Assembly (NCBI GenBank): GCA_010405405.1
Contig: MU004232.1
Location: 329,481 to 393,480, forward strand
Reading direction: 5' to 3'
DNA from: Microthyrium microscopicum
Lineage: Eukaryota
Length of the DNA: 64,000 nt
Shown here: positions 56,904 to 64,000 of the stretch, in pieces
Numbering within the stretch: the first letter of the stretch is position 1
Layout: the number at the start of each line of letters is the position of its first letter
Program-made: the position numbers and the translations under genes
The notes under the pieces: model-generated
The model's database searches: none
Told to the model about the DNA's origin: nothing
The model's input: only the letters and a program-made list of their open reading frames with translations

Positions 56904-58515
56904 ATGCTGTCTCTGGCAATTCTTGTCCTGTTCCTGGAAGCTTGCCTCGCGATCGCGCTTACAGTCACACCTAGGGTTATCCTAGAGTCCGGTCAGTGGG
57001 AGGGTATCGCAACTACAGTTCCTGGATCACCAAACACAGTTCATAAATTTCTTGGAATCCGATATGGCGCTGCGCCAGTGCGTTTCGATGTTGCGAAACC
57101 GGCGCCACCGTCCAAAGAATTGAAGAGGGCGGTTGAGAATCCGCCGGCGTGCATTGAGGCTAGAAATAGTACGGAAAAGCAGAGCGAGGATTGTTTGTTC
57201 TTGAACATATACACGCCGATTCCAGATGGGAGGAATGATAGAGCTGTAATGATCTTTCTGTTTGGTGGTGGGTTTCAGTATGGCTCAGCGTCGCATTCCA
57301 TGTACGATGGCAGTTCTTTTGCAGCGAACCAAGATGTCATTATTGTAGTGCCAAATTATCGCACTAATGGTATGATGGTATTGTCTATCATATGAACTGC
57401 GATATACTGACATGCTGCCAGTGTTTGGCTTCCCCGGTGAAGCGCCAGGTCATCCTATAGACCATCGCAACCTCGGACTCCTGGACCAACATCTAGCTTT
57501 TGACTGGGTCCGAAAGAACATCGCCCAATTCGGCGGCGACCCCAAGAAAGTAACTCTCTTTGGACAGTCCGCCGGCGCGAGGGCGGCCGACTTCCACACG
57601 CTCACAATGGCCAACCACACACCCTTCCGCGCCGTCATCATGGAGTCTGGCAGCGCAGAACTCACTCCCCTGGCTGACTTCCGCCGCGCATACCGCAACA
57701 CCAGCACCGACGAGCCCTTCATGCGGCTCTGTCGCGAAGTCGGCTGCCCAACTCCACATGCCAGCATCGCATGTATGCGGCAAATTCCCGCCACCAAGCT
57801 AAAAGAAGGCATAATGAAACTGGGTCTCTACTTCGGCTCCACCTTCGACAACAACACCGCCACCGTGATCGACCCAGCTGAGCGCCGACAAAACAGAAGA
57901 GCAGCAAACATCAGTCTGCTGATGGGCACAAATGCCAACGAGCAAAAAGTCTTTGTCAAGCGCGAAGAGAAGATGACCCTTGAAGAATATGCGGGCAATG
58001 TATTTGGCAACCGACCAACTCGTGACAGAGTTAGGGAATTATACAAAGTTGATCCAGCGGGCAGCACAAACTTTACGACAGACGTTGATGCGATTGCGGC
58101 GCTGGAAACTGACTACGCATACACATGCCTCACATCACGGGAAGCAAACATCAGCGCGACGGCGGGATATCCCACGTGGCGGTATTTTTTCAATTTCAGT
58201 TCACCGAACATTGAGAGTTTTCCGGGAAGTGGCGCGTATCATGGGGCTGAGATTCGGTTTGTGTTTGGAAATTTGATTGCTCGCAATGGGGGGAGTGTGA
58301 CTGAGACGGAGAGGAATTTGAGTGCGAGAATGCAGAAACTCTGGGCCGACTTTGCGAAAGATCCTACGAAGGGACCTGGGTGGCCGCAGGTTACGGGGGA
58401 GAAGGATCAGAACGTGGGATATTTTGGTATGGATGGGAAATTGACAGCTGTTAAGAGTGACAGTATTGATAGGAATTGCAGGCTGTTCCAGAAGATGTAT
58501 TCTGGGAGAGCGTAG
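56904..58515 (+). CDS. Secreted type-B carboxylesterase/lipase (2 exons)
   Basis: Signal peptide; SEDCLFLNIY, FGGGF, NYRTN|VFGF, GQSAG, YHGAEI; intron GTATGA..CTGAC..CAG near 57370-57421. Confidence 0.94.
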
Positions 58516-58905
58516 CATATCATCCTGTGGCTTCAGAGCATCTTGGGAGGCATGTGTCGAGAAGGTTCTCATACACATTTGCCATGGTCAGGCTTTCAGA
58601 GTTGTTAATGTCAACTCATCTGATGGTCAATATTCAAGTATCCGCGTTACACAAACCGAATTGCCTCACCGCTCAAAGTAAGTAAACAAGCCTATCCCAT
58701 AACAGTTGAGAGTATCTGACCATCTCACCTGTAGTTGAAATTGTCAACATCAATCATTTGGCAGTCACAGTTGTCGAGTGCTCCTTCCCTTGTGGCTTTT
58801 TCACACAACGTCCTCCATATAAAGACCCAACTCCCTCCAACTCTCTTCCATCAACCAGAACGAATCTTGTCCAATATTTTCTGTCCGAACTTCACAAATA
58901 CCAAG

Positions 58906-60873
58906 ATGTCTCCCAAACAAACTGAAAACGGGGATGCCCAACTGCCAGGTGTCTATTTCCATCCAGCAACAGCTCCTGACGCTGAAATGACCGTAAAACC
59001 CCACGAGAAAGCCGACGAAATTCTCAAACAAGTCGAATTCTACTTCTCCAACGAAAACCTTGAACACGATGAGCATCTCAAGATCCTCTGCGGTGGCAGC
59101 GAAAACCGACCTGTGTCCCTCAATGAAATTCTCGGCTGGAAGAAAATGCGCCAATACCGACCAAAAGTCGAAGCCATCGAAGCGCTCAAACAAAGCAAAA
59201 ATCTCGTCGTTAACGATGACGACTGCAAACGTCCCACAATCAAGCGAAAAGATGCCTGGAAGCCACCGAAGGTGGCCAAACGTCTTGATGACGATAAGCA
59301 GGAAATCGCGACTTTCGGCAAACACAAACAGATGCATGAGAAAAAGAAAGAGAATGCCGCTCCAATTGACCCAGCCAACCAGCCGCTACCAGAGGGATAT
59401 GAAATGAACAGGGGTGTGATCAAAAGTACGGCTGGCAGAACCGCGCCCAAGGCTTCTGGCTTTGAGGCAGGTCACGACGAGGAAAAGGACGCCAAGGAGA
59501 ATGAAGAGTACGAGCGCACAGCCTACCACAAAGACCAGCCTCTGTTTGATAGACTGCAGGTGGCAATCTATCGCTACAACAAAAAACGGAAGTGGTCTGG
59601 TCGCATGTTTGAGCTCTACTGCCAGTTCTTGACATTTGGTGGCGTATATCAGAACTTGGGCAATGATCAGGGTGGTGTCAGCGCTCAGTACCAGAAAGAA
59701 ATGCTGAAGACCTTTAAAGACCAGAAGAATGCTGCTGATATATGGGCAGCAGAAGCTGACCAGCTCAGCCGCTTCTCGTTGGCAGATCGAGCTCATGACA
59801 AGGAAGCTTATCAAGTCGACTTCCTCGGTGTCTTGAAGAGTTTTATCGGCGCCAAACTCATGCGCGCAACCGAGCTGGAGACACAATTGGCGTTCTGCAA
59901 GATCTTGGTGAACTGGTACAACTACTTCCTAGTACACAAGGTTTGCGAAGAGTTCAAGAGCGAGCTCGAAGAGGCCAAAGAACTGGTAGAGGAGCAAGCT
60001 CCAAAGGAACTCAGAATTGCTGACGAACTCTACGCTTTGCTTCGTAAAAGCTACTTCAACAAAGCTTGCAAATTACTCGTTATCGATGTCAAGAACAGCA
60101 ACTATGGCTCTAAAGCCTGGAACAATTCCCTTGAAAAGAACATGGATCGTGCCAGACAAGTGGTGAGCCATGCCATGATATGCTTGGGAGACAGCAAACT
60201 GAAAGCGCTGGCCTCTGGATCTCATAACATCGAAGATGCTTTCGAGCCAATCCAGACAGTTCGTGGCAGCTTTAAAATTGTCGAGATCATCAAACCTACC
60301 CAGAAAACCAAAGATCACTACACAAAGAACAAGGGTGAATACTATGGAGATCCAGTTGGCCTGCTGCGATGCGAGGTCTTCGAGGACTGCAACGAAATGT
60401 ACGATTTGGCTGATGGTATGCACGTCGCGTCTTTCCCAAAGAAGTTCACACTATGGGCCGAGGAAGCTGTGCTCAACAAAGCCCTCGTGAACATGACAGT
60501 CACCGCCGATCTCATGGAACTTAGCTGCGCCAGCGTAGCGAAGATTTGGGCTATTGTCGATATCCATCACGTCTATCCCACCTTCTATGAGCCCACTTAC
60601 AATGAGTTGATTCCTGAGAAACCAAAGGGTGTCAGATTGAGGGGCGGCATTTTCAACGAAAAGGAGTATCAGAAGCGTCTCGATGAAGCAAAGAAGGAGA
60701 AGTGGGTTCCTCGTGCTTCCAGAACTGGCTACACTGCCAAAGCAAGCTCTCAGAATGGTACTGGTCAAGTTGCGAGAAAAATACTCGGCGAGCCTGGTGA
60801 AGAGGAGAAGAAGGAATCCAATGCAAGTCTAAAGGCACTTGCTAAAGGGCAAGTGCCTAAGGATGATGACTGA
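58906..60873 (+). CDS. La-motif + Arb1 (Argonaute siRNA chaperone subunit)-like fusion protein
   Basis: La motif ILKQVEFYFSNENLEHDEHL...VSLNEILGWKKMR; Arb1-like blocks RLQVAIYRYNKKRK, FLTFGGV, VDFLGVLKSFI, ILVNWYNYFLVHKVCEEF, EQAPKEL; ATG 58906. Confidence 0.8.
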   Translation: MSPKQTENGDAQLPGVYFHPATAPDAEMTVKPHEKADEILKQVEFYFSNENLEHDEHLKILCGGSENRPVSLNEILGWKKMRQYRPKVEAIEALKQSKNLVVNDDDCKRPTIKRKDAWKPPKVAKRLDDDKQEIATFGKHKQMHEKKKENAAPIDPANQPLPEGYEMNRGVIKSTAGRTAPKASGFEAGHDEEKDAKENEEYERTAYHKDQPLFDRLQVAIYRYNKKRKWSGRMFELYCQFLTFGGVYQNLGNDQGGVSAQYQKEMLKTFKDQKNAADIWAAEADQLSRFSLADRAHDKEAYQVDFLGVLKSFIGAKLMRATELETQLAFCKILVNWYNYFLVHKVCEEFKSELEEAKELVEEQAPKELRIADELYALLRKSYFNKACKLLVIDVKNSNYGSKAWNNSLEKNMDRARQVVSHAMICLGDSKLKALASGSHNIEDAFEPIQTVRGSFKIVEIIKPTQKTKDHYTKNKGEYYGDPVGLLRCEVFEDCNEMYDLADGMHVASFPKKFTLWAEEAVLNKALVNMTVTADLMELSCASVAKIWAIVDIHHVYPTFYEPTYNELIPEKPKGVRLRGGIFNEKEYQKRLDEAKKEKWVPRASRTGYTAKASSQNGTGQVARKILGEPGEEEKKESNASLKALAKGQVPKDDD

Positions 60874-61094
60874 TACTCGCGAAGTAACATCAATCGTTCT
60901 TGTGCTTAAAGCGGCGGTGTAGATTCATGTCATAGTTTGATGGTCACGACTCAAAAGGGCTTGAAGGTGTCTGGAACCATGTAGATAACTCAAATCGAAT
61001 TTGTGATTTTGCAATCCACTGCCTCAATCTCCAAAGTTGAAAGGCTCCTCTTTTCTAAAATAACATGACAACCTCCCATCAACCATGGACTTAT

Positions 61095-62293
61095 CTACGG
61101 TTCCAATAAAAGCTTCCCAGTAGTCTTCCGGCTCTCAATATCATCATGAGCCGTCGCAACATCCTTCAACTTATAAATCTTATGAATCTGTGGCTTAATC
61201 CCTCCTTTGATCATGAAATCCCATACCGCCTTAACATTCGACTCCAACTCCTCCTTCGTAGCCAAATACGCATCCAGTCTCGGTCTCGCCAATAACACAT
61301 TCTTCTCGCCCAACCGCCTATGTTCTCGTTAGCCTATTTCCACATCCGAAAGCTCGAAGTACTCACGCAATACTAAACGGTGGCACCGCCCCACTCGCAT
61401 TCCCAAAACTCGCAAACGTTCCCTTGCGCTTCACGCACTTCAAGCTCTGATCAAACGTATCCTTGCCCACACTATCAAACACCGCCTCCACACCCTGTCC
61501 ACCCGTCTCCTCCAATACCTTGCCTACATATTCACCCTTGCTGTAGTCCACCACTACATCCGCGCCCAATGATTTCACCAGGTCTACTTTAGATGTACTG
61601 CACGTAGCGATAACCTTGGCGCCTTTCGACTTCGCCATCTGCACAATCCACTGTCCCACACCACCAGCTGCTGCCGTCACGAGAATCGTATCTCCGGATT
61701 TGACGTTATAAGTGTCGTTGATCAAAGTCCAGGCCGTCAGCGCCTGGAGGCATGCGGCACACGCATCGGAGGCCGAGATGTCCTGTGGCACCTTGGCGAG
61801 TTTGGCTGCATCAACGGCGATATAGGACGCGTAGCCGCCGGTGGTACCGAACGCGGCGATGCGGTCGCCGACGGATACATTCCATACATTAGCGTCGGAG
61901 AAGGAGGGGAGCTGGACGACGGTGCCGACGGCTTCGCGGCCGAGGATGGCGGGGAAGTTGGGGGTGGGGTAGAGACCGGAGCGGAAATAGCTATGGTACA
62001 TTAACAAGGGCTGGTGGAAGGGGAGGAGAGGGTACTTACGTATCGATGTAGTTGACGCCGATGATTTCAGCTTTGATGAGGAGTTGGCTGTCCGAAAGCT
62101 TGGGCAGGGAGAGATCGGTTTTGTATTCAAGGACATCGGAGCCCCCAGTTTTGGAGAACGTCACGCCGCACATGGTGGATGGGAGGGACGCCATGTTGCG
62201 GACGTATATAGGAAAGAGGCGCTTGGTGTATGGATGCGGCTTTGGAGTTGAAAATAAGGAGCGCAGAAGCGTTCTTGGAGCTTGACGAAGCAT
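61095..62293 (-). CDS. ZTA1: NADPH:quinone oxidoreductase, zeta-crystallin type (3 exons), with mitochondrial-presequence-like N-terminus
   Basis: GVNYIDT|YFRSGLY, ILVTAAAGGVG, FDSVGKDTF, FGNASG, IESRKTTGKLL; introns near 62039-61990 and 61366-61318. Confidence 0.9.
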
Positions 62294-62772
62294 TTATCGT
62301 TTGCCAGATGTATGTCTTTGCGCCGACCAGCCCTAGCTCTTATCTTGTAGCTGTGAAGCACTCTTGTATTAGTACTACTTAGCTATGTTGAGGTCGGAAT
62401 CTACAATTGAGTTATGGCAACTTTACCGAGAACTTGTAGTACGTGGGCGTTGTTACTGTTAGAAATCCAATTGGTTACGCTGCGATTGTAACAAGCAGAA
62501 TGCTCCAGATAGTTTCAAACCGCCAATTAAGAGTCGTCAAAACACAAAGACAGAATAATCGACTGGAGGAGAAGAGAGGGAGGGAGGTGTGATGCGAAGA
62601 GCCCCGCTTGATGTGTATTCTTGAATTCGCAATTCGGGAATAATAGCTATGCCTATATCCGGCAGCACAGTAAATATCAGCCCCTGTTGATCGTCAACAA
62701 ATCGCATTCTAATCTGCCCACACCAATATCCCAAATCCAGTCCGCATTGAAACCCCCGACTTGCTTCTGTTC

Positions 62773-64000
62773 CTAAGCAGCCAAATCAGGAACTCCCTCC
62801 GGCCACCCACCAAACACCAACGCCTTCATTGGCAACCGTCCACTAATCGGACTAATAATCTTCAACCTCGACTTGCTCTCATCCACCTCGGCCACATATA
62901 TATACCACAGCACACTCGAGGCCAGTATATTGTCTGTATTGTCTGTGGGATTCGCATGTGTGACTGCGAGCACGATATTTTGGAGCATAAGGGAGGGTGT
63001 TATGCGTTCTAGTTTGGCGGTTGATACTGGTGCTGGTTCGTAGTCGTCTTCGTCGTCGTCTTCGCTGTCATCCGATATCAGGTCTGTGGTGGATGGTTGT
63101 TGATCTTCGTTGATGCGAAATATAGTGATCTCATTGAATCCAACGAATTGTGTAAAGGGGCTTAGTGACATGCCGGGGTGGCCGAAGAAATATTGCCGTA
63201 TTTGGTTTTGGCGAAATTGCTTCATGTAGGCGTCTGTTCGGTCCACGCAGCCGCTGGACTTGTCGAGCTGGAGTACGTGGACTGGTTTCTCTTCAGGTAC
63301 ATTGTCTGGAAATTGTGCTTTTATATCGTTGTAAAGTGCTTCAGGCCCAATAGCAAGGACGATATCAACTAGTCAAATAGTTAGAACAATCATCGCTTTA
63401 AGGTATGGATAAAATATACCGGAGAAAACTGAAGCAACGCGCTTTATTAGTGCATGATCTCCAGCCAAAGACCCAGGAGTATCAATCAGACACCCCGAAG
63501 AACCAGCATCCCTATCCTCATCCAGCCTCGTCCCTACCGCCCAGCCTAACCGTCTAGTAAGCTGTTCATAGAGTCCAAGACTTCCACCGGCTTTCTGGCA
63601 CCCGTAGTGAAAAACCAGTGGCATCTTGACCGGCACCGCACTTGGGCCACTGATCGGACTACTACCCCAACCCTCTTCCATATCAACAACGGTAGCCATT
63701 GTTGTGGCTGTCAAGGCTCCTGGCATACTGAGCAGTCCCTGTGATGGATCTAAATTGACAACCACTGGCTGTCGGCCCATCTTTAGTGAGTATCCGGCAA
63801 GAATCTTGACCAAGCTTGTCTTGCCAGAGTTTTCGGGTCCCACAACCATGACGCGTGGTCCTTGGCCATGTCGTTGTTCCGCTGCAACGCGCAAATCTTC
63901 GAGTGCAAAGTGGATGTTTGCCGCTTGATTCATTGATGTGTCGCCTGTGCCATGCGCAGATTGTGGTGAGCCAGTGACTTCCAAAGCCGCTCCGTCCCAT
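62773..64000 (-). CDS. CLP1: mRNA 3'-processing factor Clp1 (5' end outside the window)
   Basis: GPRVMVVGPENSGKTS, NLDPSQG, GWGSSP, IDTPG, QIRQYFFG, LSPFTQ; intron near 63419-63372. Confidence 0.93.

Noticed and set aside
58906..64000. RNAi cluster of La-Arb1 with Clp1 acting as siRNA kinase
   Set aside because: Clp1 is a universal 3'-processing factor, budding-yeast Clp1 lacks kinase activity, and an unrelated gene lies between them; proximity is probably chance.

Overview
Eukaryotic DNA from a filamentous ascomycete (Pezizomycotina), judged from short GT..CTRAC..AG introns and fungal-specific families. Conserved housekeeping genes (YHM2, NUF2, thioredoxin, ESF1, BCP1, GUA1, ZTA1-like, CLP1) are interleaved with fast-evolving accessory genes. 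The accessory set includes: a degenerate, pseudogene-rich first 5 kb; a HET-domain gene directly downstream of an alpha/beta-hydrolase-NACHT-WD40 NLR; a second HET gene sandwiched between two paralogous F-box-like genes, with a BTB gene nearby; a bacterial-type intronless hydrolase; a secreted flavin amine oxidase with low-complexity extensions; a frameshifted PhyH dioxygenase; three adjacent orphan ORFs that appear to share an unnamed motif; and a La-motif/Arb1 fusion. The best candidates for undescribed systems are the NLR+HET pair, the F-box/HET/F-box sandwich, the La-Arb1 fusion and the three-orphan motif family. I found no rRNA, tRNA, CRISPR array or intact transposon. All family assignments come from reading motifs by eye, not from database searches, and intron coordinates were inferred manually.
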